DNA of 32,000 bases from positions 910,064 to 942,063 of the forward strand of contig NZ_JHUX01000003.1 in assembly GCF_000619845.1 (NCBI RefSeq), in the 5' to 3' direction. The translations under genes and the position numbers were made by a program. The stretch's first letter is position 1; every line of letters begins with the position of its first letter. This document shows, in pieces, positions 17,096 through 25,422 of this stretch. Source of the DNA: Alkanindiges illinoisensis DSM 15370 (GTDB taxonomy: Bacteria > Pseudomonadota > Gammaproteobacteria > Pseudomonadales > Moraxellaceae). Below the pieces are notes generated by a model that saw nothing but the letters and a program-made list of their open reading frames with translations, did no database searches and had not been told where the DNA came from.

Positions 17096-18862
17096 TTAAC
17101 TCAGTGGCACGACCCGCATCACCTCTTCCAGCGTGGTTGTTCCTTCAGAAACCCGTTTAGCGCCTGCAAGCCGCAATGGTTGCAAGCCTTCCCGGTAGGC
17201 CTGTTGCTTGATCTGGTTCAGGTTGGCGCCATCACCCACCATCCGTTTCATTTCATTGGTGAGCACCAGAATTTCATACAAGCCCATACGACCTTTGTAG
17301 CCTGTACCACGGCAATGTTCACAGCCAACTGCCTGATACACCTGCGCTGGCGGGTTACTGGTCCAGGGACTAACCAGTTGATTCCAGCTTTCCGGGTCAA
17401 TAGTGGTAGGCGCCTTGCAGTATTCACACAAGGTTCTTACCAGTCTTTGAGCCATAACGCCCAATATGGTGGCCGCAGTTAGAAATGGCTGCACACCCAG
17501 ATCATGCAAGCGGGTTAAACTGGAGGGTGCGTCATTGGTATGCAGAGTGGAAAGTACCAGGTGACCCGTTAACGCTGCCTGTATTCCCATATCTGCCGTG
17601 TCCTGATCGCGAATCTCACCAATCATGATGATATCCGGATCTTGACGCATCAATGCACGCACGCCTTCGGCAAAACCCAGCTCAATCCCTGACTGTACCT
17701 GCATCTGGTTAAAGCTTGGCTCAATCATTTCAATGGGGTCTTCAATGGTACAGACGTTGACTTCATCGGTAGCCAGTTGCTTGAGCGTTGAATACAGCGT
17801 GGTGGTTTTACCTGAACCCGTCGGCCCGGTGACTAGAATAATGCCATTGGGATGCGCTGCCATTTGTTTCCACTTGGCCAAGTCTTCCCCGGTTAAGCCC
17901 AGTTGCTCAAAGGAACGCACCAGCACTTCAGGGTCAAAAATACGCATGACTAGTTTCTCGCCAAAAGCTGTGGGCAACGTGGATAAACGCAGCTCAGTTT
18001 CAATACCTTTGGGGGTTCTGGTTTTTAAACGGCCATCCTGAGGCTTGCGGCGCTCGGCCACATTCATGCGGCCTAAAATTTTAATCCGTGAAATTACGGC
18101 TGTTAGAATCGGTGCCGGCATGTCATAAACCGTATGCAACACCCCATCAATGCGGAAACGCACCCGTCCTCCTTGCCTGCGGGGTTCCAGATGAATATCA
18201 CTAGCGCGCTGGTCGAAGGCATACTGCAACAGCCAGTCAACAATGCGCACAATGTGCTGGTCATTGGCGTCAGGGTTTTGTACATCACCCAGTTGTAATA
18301 AGGCTTCAACACCCTTAGCCGTTGCTTCTGTGCCACCGGTTCCTTTAGCACCAGCAATAGCACGCGTCACCTGATAAAATTCAATCAGATAACGGCTTAA
18401 CTGCTCGGGATTGAGCATCACTCGCACAATCTGGCGCGGACGCACGATATGTGACAGGTTTTCCAGCCAGTCATCATAAAAGGGCTGGTCGCTACCAATG
18501 GTAATGGTTTCGCTATCCACTGCGATGGCCAGAATGCGGTGTCGCTCGGCGTATTCAAACGACATGATTGCCGTCACGGCAGGCACATTTACTTTTAATG
18601 GATCAATACGAACAAATGGAACTTCGGCCTTATCGGCTAACCATTGTGATAGTAGCGGTAGTGTGAGCTTTTGTTGAGTGGTTACATCGGTTAAATCGAA
18701 ACTGGCAATGAATTGCAGCGGATGCCATTGCAACTGATCCTTGCGGCGCGGAGTAGTTGCAATGAGGTTAACATCGCGCTGGGAAATTTTGCCATCTTTA
18801 AGCAGTGCATCCAGACACCATCTGACATCGACCTGAAACGAAAAATGATGTTTTTTATTCAA
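17096..18862 (-). CDS. GspE/PulE/PilB-family type II secretion / type IV pilus assembly ATPase (orphan)
   Basis: T2SSE_N-like N-domain (VPFVRIDPLKVNVPAVTAIMSFEYAERHRILAIAVD), Walker A GPTGSGKTT, Walker B/Asp box DPDIIMIGEIRD, His box GHLVLSTLHTN and a tetracysteine motif CEYC..CEHCRGTGYKGR. The TTG start at 18862 is preceded by a strong SD AAGGAGA. Confidence 0.9.
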   Translation of the reverse strand: MNKKHHFSFQVDVRWCLDALLKDGKISQRDVNLIATTPRRKDQLQWHPLQFIASFDLTDVTTQQKLTLPLLSQWLADKAEVPFVRIDPLKVNVPAVTAIMSFEYAERHRILAIAVDSETITIGSDQPFYDDWLENLSHIVRPRQIVRVMLNPEQLSRYLIEFYQVTRAIAGAKGTGGTEATAKGVEALLQLGDVQNPDANDQHIVRIVDWLLQYAFDQRASDIHLEPRRQGGRVRFRIDGVLHTVYDMPAPILTAVISRIKILGRMNVAERRKPQDGRLKTRTPKGIETELRLSTLPTAFGEKLVMRIFDPEVLVRSFEQLGLTGEDLAKWKQMAAHPNGIILVTGPTGSGKTTTLYSTLKQLATDEVNVCTIEDPIEMIEPSFNQMQVQSGIELGFAEGVRALMRQDPDIIMIGEIRDQDTADMGIQAALTGHLVLSTLHTNDAPSSLTRLHDLGVQPFLTAATILGVMAQRLVRTLCEYCKAPTTIDPESWNQLVSPWTSNPPAQVYQAVGCEHCRGTGYKGRMGLYEILVLTNEMKRMVGDGANLNQIKQQAYREGLQPLRLAGAKRVSEGTTTLEEVMRVVPLS

Positions 18863-18942
18863 AATGCTCTCCTTGGCGGCAACTGCTTCAACATTGATTT
18901 TAAGCTTAAATTTTGTGGTTTAGTCTATCGTGTAATTGGGGT

Positions 18943-19674
18943 TTAACGATGAATTTTGGTAAGTGACTCAACGATAACTTGCTGACCTGCTATTCTGAAT
19001 GTGATATTTACAGAATCATAAGCCATGCCATAAATCCGATTTTCATCATCCTGATAAGCTGGCCGTGGATCAAGTGCCAACAGTTCATTGATTAAACCTT
19101 GCTGTTCAGTATCAAACAGTTGTTGTTCAATTAAAGCATCAGCTTGTTCACTGGCTTGTATCGCCCACTCAACGTTTAAAAGTACCGGTGCGGCTTGCGC
19201 AAAACCGCTTTTTGCCTCAGGGATCGCGTCGGAATATGCAATGTAAGGCTTAATGTCTACAATTGGCGTACCATTGAGTAAATCTGCGCCACGGATCAGC
19301 AGCTTGGCCTTGCCGTTTTGCTTAATTACTTTTACCAGCTCGACCACTGACAATCCCAACTCACTGGGGCGATACATGCTGCGACTGGCAAAAACCCCTA
19401 GCTTTTGATTGCCACCCAACCGTGGGGGTCGGATTTGTGTACGAAATTTTTTGAGGCTTTGTGAATCTGCTTTATTTTGATGAAAACTCCAGATGAGCCA
19501 TAAATGACTGAATTCGCCCAGCCCTTCAAACGCCAGTGCATCATCATAAGGTGCATTAAATTCAATAATTGCAGGCACTTGCACCAGATTCGGCTGACGG
19601 GGTATCCCAAATTTTTCATGAAAAGGTGAATGCACAATACCAATTACCGGTACTGTTAAATCCGACTTCATCAC
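18943..19674 (-). CDS. trmO: tRNA (t6A37) N6-methyltransferase TrmO (YaeB/TsaA)
   Basis: VIGIVHSPFHEKFGIPRQP, FSHLWLIWSFHQ, IRPPRLGGNQKLGVFASRS, GTPIVDIKPY and LALDPRPAYQ align by eye with E. coli YaeB/TrmO. Confidence 0.9.
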   Translation of the reverse strand: MMKSDLTVPVIGIVHSPFHEKFGIPRQPNLVQVPAIIEFNAPYDDALAFEGLGEFSHLWLIWSFHQNKADSQSLKKFRTQIRPPRLGGNQKLGVFASRSMYRPSELGLSVVELVKVIKQNGKAKLLIRGADLLNGTPIVDIKPYIAYSDAIPEAKSGFAQAAPVLLNVEWAIQASEQADALIEQQLFDTEQQGLINELLALDPRPAYQDDENRIYGMAYDSVNITFRIAGQQVIVESLTKIHR

Positions 19675-19769
19675 TTTTCCTTATAAATAACATTGGATTA
19701 ATTCAGTTTATAGGCAATTGCTTTGCGTTAGAATAGCCCCCTGTTTTTTATTATATCGATGAGAGCTTC

Positions 19770-20549
19770 ATGGCCGCTTTTAATGTTGAGAAAATTACTC
19801 ACGTTCACCACTGGAATGACACGTTATTTAGCTTTAAAACCACCCGTGATGTGGCATTGCGCTTTAAAAATGGTCAGTTCGTGATGATTGGTCTGGAAGT
19901 CAACGGCAAGCCCCTGATGCGTGCCTACTCGATTGCCAGTGCCAACTATGAAGAAGAACTGGAATTTTTCTCAATTAAGGTTCAAAACGGCCCACTGACC
20001 TCTATTTTGCAGAAAGTTCAGGTTGGTGATGAAATCCTGATTAGTAAAAAACCAACTGGCACACTGGTTCATGATGATTTATTACCCGGCAAAAACCTGT
20101 ATTTCCTGTCCAGTGGTACTGGTCTTGCGCCATTTCTGGCCTTAATTCGTGACCCGGAAACTTATGAAAAATATGAAAAAGTGATTCTGGTGCATGGCAC
20201 GCGTTATGTGAGCGAGCTGGCCTATCAGGATCTGATCTTAAACGAATTGCCCAACAATGAATTTTTTGAAGAGTTAGGCATTAAAGACAAGCTGATTTAC
20301 TACCCAACCGTAACCCGCGAAGAGTTTCATACACAGGGTCGTGTGACCACAGCAATTGAAACCGGGCAATTGTTTGAGAAAATTGGCCTGCCACGTTTTA
20401 ATCCGGAAACTGACCGCGCCATGTTGTGTGGTAGCCCTGCGTTCTTAAAGGATGTGTGCGCACTACTGGACGCACATGGCATGAAAGAATCACCACGGAT
20501 GGGCGTGATGGGTGATTACGTAATTGAACGCGCGTTTGTTGAAAAGTAA
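19770..20549 (+). CDS. fpr: Ferredoxin-NADP+ reductase (bacterial subclass I Fpr)
   Basis: HHWNDTLFSFKTTRD, RFKNGQFVMIGLEVNGKPLMRAYSIAS, LEFFSIKVQNGPLTS and LSSGTGLAPF are nearly identical in pattern to Azotobacter/Pseudomonas Fpr. Confidence 0.93.
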   Translation: MAAFNVEKITHVHHWNDTLFSFKTTRDVALRFKNGQFVMIGLEVNGKPLMRAYSIASANYEEELEFFSIKVQNGPLTSILQKVQVGDEILISKKPTGTLVHDDLLPGKNLYFLSSGTGLAPFLALIRDPETYEKYEKVILVHGTRYVSELAYQDLILNELPNNEFFEELGIKDKLIYYPTVTREEFHTQGRVTTAIETGQLFEKIGLPRFNPETDRAMLCGSPAFLKDVCALLDAHGMKESPRMGVMGDYVIERAFVEK

Positions 20550-20573
20550 GACACTAAACCGCTAAAGTAGAAA

Positions 20574-20608
20574 AGGCTGTGGAAACATGCATCATCACAG
20601 CCTTTTTT
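20574..20608 (+). terminator. fpr rho-independent terminator
   Basis: AGGCTGTG-(14 nt)-CACAGCCTTTTTT: an 8-bp stem followed by a T-run, 25 nt after the fpr stop. Confidence 0.75.
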
Positions 20609-20744
20609 ATGCAAAAAATTTAGAGATTTGCCATCTCTAGGTCATGTGGATGTGTGGCAAATATGCCTTTATTATATTCTAAAATATAGTTTTATCATGC
20701 TTATTAGGGACATAGCGCTTAAAAAAGATTAGTCGGAGAAAAAG

Positions 20745-21425
20745 ATGGATTGGATAAATATTTTTATTTATGACACCACATGGTCTTTCGCGGCAGAAAT
20801 AGCCATACGTACCATTGTCATGTTTAGCCTAATTATTCTATTTTTAAGATTAACGGGTAAGCGCGGTATTCGCCAACTGTCTATTTTTGAATTAACCATT
20901 ATTTTGTCACTAGGCTCCATCGCTGGTGACCCCATGTTTACTGAAGATTTACCTCTTATTCAAGCAGTACTTATTATGGGTATTGTGCTGCTACTCTATA
21001 GGATATGTACTTGGTTAACAACGAAATATAAGATTATTGAAAACTTATTAGAGGGCAAACCCACTTATATCGTAGAAAATGGTTTATTGGTAATTGAAGA
21101 TGTCAAAAAGGACAAAATGTCGCACGATGAGTTCTTTGCAGAAATGCGCCAAAATGGGGTGCGTCACTTAGGACAAGTGCAGGTAGGATTACTCGAAACA
21201 GATGGTGATTTTAGTGTATTGCTATTTCCAGATGATAAAACGCAATATGGGCTGCCCATTTTTCCAAAAGAGTATCAGCCAGCGAAAATGCTAAAAATTG
21301 ATCATCCCTATGCCTGCATGCATTGCGGTTATGTCAAGCATATCTCAGCGCTAGATGACGTATGTAGCCGTTGTCATCATTCAAGAGGATGGGCTAAAGC
21401 ACTGAATGATAAGATTGTAAATTAG
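20745..21425 (+). CDS. DUF421/YetF-family membrane protein with C-terminal CxxC..CxxC motif
   Basis: N-terminal TM helices and the family-typical FLRLTGKRGIRQLSIFELTIILSLGSIAGD. The C-terminus has CMHCGY-x13-CSRCHH. SD GGAGA is upstream. Confidence 0.75.
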   Translation: MDWINIFIYDTTWSFAAEIAIRTIVMFSLIILFLRLTGKRGIRQLSIFELTIILSLGSIAGDPMFTEDLPLIQAVLIMGIVLLLYRICTWLTTKYKIIENLLEGKPTYIVENGLLVIEDVKKDKMSHDEFFAEMRQNGVRHLGQVQVGLLETDGDFSVLLFPDDKTQYGLPIFPKEYQPAKMLKIDHPYACMHCGYVKHISALDDVCSRCHHSRGWAKALNDKIVN

Positions 21426-21636
21426 GTAATATGGGATAAATTAATCAAATATAATGGTTTATCACGTTACTAATACTCTTACAGATAAGACTGTTTATGC
21501 TGCGTAGCTTTTGCTCGGGCACCCTAGGACGTGCGCTACGAAAATCATAACTTTCAATTTTATATTCAAAAAAGTAAAAAACATCCCAATAAATTTATCT
21601 TTAGTTTCAAAGCCGCCCAGCTTTAGTAACCCTTTA

Positions 21637-21713
21637 CACGCAACACGCAACACGCAACACGCAACACGCAACACGCAACACGCAACACGCAACACGCAAC
21701 ACGCAACACGCAA
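21637..21713. repeat. Perfect tandem heptanucleotide repeat (CACGCAA)x11
   Basis: 77 nt of uninterrupted CACGCAA units, counted directly from the sequence. The array is intergenic: 212 nt after the DUF421 stop and 103 nt before the metR ATG. Confidence 0.97.
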
Positions 21714-21739
21714 ATCAGTATCAAATATTGCATTAAGAT

Positions 21740-21765
21740 AAAGATGAATGGAACTCATCTTTTTT
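21740..21765 (+). promoter_or_regulatory. Palindrome AAAGATGA-ATGGAAC-TCATCTTT(+TTT): candidate MetR/LysR operator (TGAA-N5-CTCA, T-N11-A), or alternatively a + strand terminator
   Basis: 8-bp inverted arms whose core TGAATGGAACTCA is one mismatch from the enterobacterial MetR box TGAA-N5-TTCA, centred ~65 nt upstream of the metR ATG. The hairpin plus T-run also fits an intrinsic terminator. Confidence 0.4.
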
Positions 21766-21815
21766 CATGATAAAATGAAATTTTTTAATCAAAAGAATAT
21801 TATTGGACGATATCC

Positions 21816-22733
21816 ATGATTGAACTTCGTCATCTCAAAACCCTACAAGCGCTGCGTGAACATGGTTCGCTGGTTGGCGCTGCCCAACACATTCATGTCA
21901 CGCCATCTGCCCTATCGCATCAATTACGCGAGCTGGAACAATGGCTGGATCTAAGCCTGCTCAGCCGCAAAAGCCGTCCCTTGCAGTTTTCCCCTGCGGG
22001 TTTGCGCCTGCTGGAACTGGCTGATCAGGTCTTGCCGCTGGTCAATAATACCCGCACTGAACTGTCACGCATGGCACATGGTCAAACCGGACGATTGCTG
22101 CTGGCTTCCGAATGCCATAGCTGCTTTGACTGGCTTATGCCCGTGCTTAACCAATATCGTCAAGACTTTCCTGATGTTGACCTTGATTTTGCTAATGGTT
22201 TTGAACCCGAACCACACCAACAACTCCAGCAAGGCGATATTGATATTTTAATTACCGCTGATGAATTGCAACTTAATGGATTGGCCTATCAGCCTGTTTT
22301 TGACTATGAATCCAGGCTGGTGCTTTCGCCTAATCATCCTTTATTACAACAGCAGGAAATTACTGCTGAGGATATTGCCGCACAAACCCTGATTGCCTAT
22401 CCGGTAGAACCCAGCCGTCTGGATATTATTGCCGGTTTTTTAAGCCTGCATGAATTACAGCCCAGCCATATCCGAACCACGGAACTGACACCCATGCTCA
22501 TTCAACTGGTGGCCAGTGGTCGTGGCATTGCCGCCTTGCCAGACTGGGTGGTCAAAGACTACGAACAAAAAGGCTGGGTGGTAAGCCGCCGCTTTCCATT
22601 TGCTGAAAAAGGCCAGCAACATAAGGGGTTACGCCGCACTTTGTATGCCGCCTATCGCCAGCAAGATATAAAACAGGCATTTATTGAAGGTTTTTTAAAT
22701 CAACTCAAGATTTTTTCCAAGCAACGTGGCTAA
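21816..22733 (+). CDS. metR: LysR-family transcriptional activator MetR
   Basis: MIELRHLKTLQALREHGSLVGAAQHIHVTPSALSHQLRELEQ..SRKSRPLQFSPAG..ECHSCFDWLMP..FDYESRLVLSPNHPL aligns along its length by eye with E. coli MetR (MIEVKHLKTLQALRNCGSL..ECHSCIQWLTP..FDYEVRLVLAPDHPL). Confidence 0.88.
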   Translation: MIELRHLKTLQALREHGSLVGAAQHIHVTPSALSHQLRELEQWLDLSLLSRKSRPLQFSPAGLRLLELADQVLPLVNNTRTELSRMAHGQTGRLLLASECHSCFDWLMPVLNQYRQDFPDVDLDFANGFEPEPHQQLQQGDIDILITADELQLNGLAYQPVFDYESRLVLSPNHPLLQQQEITAEDIAAQTLIAYPVEPSRLDIIAGFLSLHELQPSHIRTTELTPMLIQLVASGRGIAALPDWVVKDYEQKGWVVSRRFPFAEKGQQHKGLRRTLYAAYRQQDIKQAFIEGFLNQLKIFSKQRG

Positions 22734-22885
22734 AATAGACCAAACAGCACTTAAAGCACCTTTTATAAAGTCAATTTAAGGAATAAATTGTCTAACAATC
22801 AGCAATTTTGCTGATGTTTTATGCCATTGACCATGTTATTTTGGTCTGGTTATGTTCTGCATGCTGAAATAGAAATGGATAACAC

Positions 22886-23911
22886 ATGACCCTACCAATT
22901 GCCCGCCCAGATAACGGTATTCCAGGTGTATACGGCTTATTGTTACTAGAGGTAGTGTCACGCTTTGGAATTAGCGAACATACCCTTTTTTCACCATTTA
23001 ACCTGACCAGTGAGCAACTGGCAGAACCCAGCTTTAGAATTGCCCTGCCATTGGCCAATAACCTGTTCAAACACGCTATTGAGCTCACTGGTGAAAATAG
23101 TCTTGGGTATCATATTGGCACCCAGATGCGCATTTCTATTCATGGCTTTATTGGCTATGCCATCATGAGTGCATCCAATGTTACCGAAGCACTGATGCTG
23201 GCGTCACGTTTTATTCATATCCGTGTGCCCTTTATTCACTTGCATGTCTCTACCATGCAACCCAAGGCCCGACTACAGCTTACCTGTGATGAACTTAACC
23301 TTGAACCGCTGCGCCAGGAAGTACTGATTGCCCTGACTGTGGGTATTTTAACCATGGGCAAGGCTTTAACCGGTAAAGACATTTATGCAGAAATTGAATG
23401 TGATTTTCCAGAACCCAAGGATTTTGAAAAATATCAAAAGCTTATTACTGCCGATATCAAGTTTAATCAGCCGCATCTGGTGGCTTATTTTGACAAAAGC
23501 TACCTGAGCCTGCCACTCATCAATGCTGACCCGATTGCCAGCCAGATTGCCATTAACCAGTGCGAAGCCGAGCTTTCCGCATTGGGCGAACGCAAGCGTA
23601 TTGCCATGAAAGTACGCGACTTACTCACACAATGTAATGACCGCTACCCGACCATTGAAACCATTGCCGATATGCTGCACATGTCGGATCGCACGCTGAA
23701 GCGACAATTGGCTGCTGAAGGCACGTCCTATTCCAACGTGGTGGATGAAGTGCGCTATCGTCATGCAGTCTCGCTATTGTCACGTTCAGATTATAGTCTT
23801 GAACAAATTTCTGATGAGCTGGGTTATTCCGATGTCGGCAACTTTACCCGTGCCTTTAAGCGCTGGACCGGCCGCACACCGGGCAACTGGCGTAAAGACC
23901 CTTATCTGTAA
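22886..23911 (+). CDS. AraC/XylS-family transcriptional regulator (N-terminal effector-binding-like domain, C-terminal double HTH)
   Basis: The C-terminus IADMLHMSDRTLKRQLAAEGTSYSNVVDEVRYRHAVSLL..SLEQISDELGYSDVGNFTRAFKRWTGRTPGNWR is a canonical AraC HTH_18 domain. Confidence 0.88.
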   Translation: MTLPIARPDNGIPGVYGLLLLEVVSRFGISEHTLFSPFNLTSEQLAEPSFRIALPLANNLFKHAIELTGENSLGYHIGTQMRISIHGFIGYAIMSASNVTEALMLASRFIHIRVPFIHLHVSTMQPKARLQLTCDELNLEPLRQEVLIALTVGILTMGKALTGKDIYAEIECDFPEPKDFEKYQKLITADIKFNQPHLVAYFDKSYLSLPLINADPIASQIAINQCEAELSALGERKRIAMKVRDLLTQCNDRYPTIETIADMLHMSDRTLKRQLAAEGTSYSNVVDEVRYRHAVSLLSRSDYSLEQISDELGYSDVGNFTRAFKRWTGRTPGNWRKDPYL

Positions 23912-24069
23912 AATCTATTGGGTAAAACAAGGTAATAACACTGGACTTTGCTGATTTTTAAAACCATTCCAAACACTGGGGCTACAATTTGTAGAAAACA
24001 AACGCTACACTTGCGCCAGACTTTAAAGTCCTCTTTTGGGGACAAATACATTTGAGGGAGTTTTAAATC

Positions 24070-24447
24070 ATGAATCATCCTAGCGAGCTGAAATATGTTG
24101 GCACTCACGAATGGGCCAGACAGGAAGATGATCTGATTGTTACTGGTATTTCAGATCATGCTCAGGATTCGCTGGGTGATCTGGTTTATGTTGAAATTCC
24201 TGAAGTGGGCAGCACCGTAACAGCTGGCGAACCGACTGGTGTGGTGGAATCGGTAAAAACAGCCTCCGATATTCATGCCCCAGTTTCAGGTATTGTGGTT
24301 GAAATCAACCCGGCGCTGGAAGATGATCCGGAAATTATTAACACTGACCCGTATGGCAAAGGCTGGATTTATAAAATTCGCCCTGATAATCCAAGTGAAC
24401 TGGATGCGCTGTTATCCGCTGATGATTATGTGGCCAGCCTGGATTAA
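24070..24447 (+). CDS. gcvH: Glycine cleavage system / lipoyl-carrier protein H
   Basis: [63 protein letters not shown], with the lipoyl-lysine in the ESVK motif. Confidence 0.93.
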   Translation: MNHPSELKYVGTHEWARQEDDLIVTGISDHAQDSLGDLVYVEIPEVGSTVTAGEPTGVVESVKTASDIHAPVSGIVVEINPALEDDPEIINTDPYGKGWIYKIRPDNPSELDALLSADDYVASLD

Positions 24448-24506
24448 TTAAATCCGGCATTGGTTGGCTAAAGCATTAACCAAGATTTTTGGCGTCAGGC
24501 TTTATT

Positions 24507-24539
24507 AAAATCCCTTCCTGTAAGGGATTTTATATTTTT
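24507..24539 (+). terminator. gcvH rho-independent terminator
   Basis: AAAATCCCTT-CCTGT-AAGGGATTTT followed by ATATTTTT, 60 nt after the gcvH stop. Confidence 0.7.
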
Positions 24540-24787
24540 GGCAATAAAGTTTTTAAAAAGTAAGGCAAGATAATTTTTTTACCAATTCAGTTTCACTCAT
24601 CCAAAAAGGCTTAACAATCATACAAAGTGGTGCATAAAAATCAGCCGCCTGAAATGAGGATTAAAAATTTAAGCTAATTTGCGTGGTGCGCTTTTCATTT
24701 GCATAAAAATCCATTAAAACCTATAGGAATGATTGAAACAGCATGCGCCATTAATCATTTATTAACGATAAGTTCAGGAAAATAAGT

Positions 24788-25219
24788 ATGCAAACCGTTG
24801 CCCACATCTTAAACAATAAAACCAATCAGGATATTTACACCATTTCACCGGATGCCACGGTGCTTGAAGCCCTCACCCTGATGGCAGATAAAGGGATTGG
24901 CGCGCTGGTAGTGACGCAAAACTCTAAAGTGGTTGGCATTATCAGTGAGCGCGATTACGCCCGAAAGGTGGCTTTAATGGAGCGTTCCTCTTATAGCACG
25001 TCAGTTTCTGAAATCATGACCCACGCCGTATTGACTGTTACGCCGCAGCACAGCACCAAGCATTGTATGAAACTGATGACTGACAAGCATTTGCGCCACT
25101 TGCCGGTAGTTGACAATGATCAGTTGACTGGGTTGGTATCCATTGGCGATCTGGTTAAAAATGTCATGGCTGAACAACAAAGCATGATTGACCAGCTACA
25201 AAATTACATCAGTGGTTGA
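24788..25219 (+). CDS. CBS-pair domain protein (143 aa)
   Basis: Two CBS repeats: ..ALTLMADKGIGALVVTQNSKVVGIISERDYAR.. and ..CMKLMTDKHLRHLPVVDNDQLTGLVSIGDLVK.. SD AGGAA is upstream. Confidence 0.85.
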   Translation: MQTVAHILNNKTNQDIYTISPDATVLEALTLMADKGIGALVVTQNSKVVGIISERDYARKVALMERSSYSTSVSEIMTHAVLTVTPQHSTKHCMKLMTDKHLRHLPVVDNDQLTGLVSIGDLVKNVMAEQQSMIDQLQNYISG

Positions 25220-25422
25220 AATAGTTTTGGCCGATTTCCGGTGTTGCCGCTTTGAAAATTTGGCTCATCAATTAGTTTGAGTTTGCTGTTAAAAAATAGC
25301 GCTTAAAGCTGAGCGTCGTACTGTTATCAATCAATTGCTAATCATTTGGTATGTAATAGTGTCACCAACTGATTAAAGAGCCGTTATACTGTGGGGCTTA
25401 AGTATTTTGCCTGGATTTACCC

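Noticed and set aside
9857-21713. Whether the 9-mer (9857-9887) or 7-mer (21637-21713) arrays could be CRISPR-like.
   Set aside because: They are head-to-tail microsatellite-type repeats with no spacers and units far shorter than CRISPR repeats, and no cas genes are in the window.
21495-21758. ORFs reading through the heptamer array on both strands (HATRNTQ x n and VACCVLR x n).
   Set aside because: The open frames are a by-product of a 7-nt repeat (21 nt gives 7-aa periodicity). There is no SD or plausible start context, the non-repeat parts look like random AT-rich translation, and any copy-number change not divisible by 3 would frameshift them.
23912-24069. Possible glycine riboswitch upstream of gcvH.
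   Set aside because: The conserved GGAGAG...CACCGAAGGGGCAA-type cores are not present in either orientation. An Rfam RF00504 scan would confirm this.
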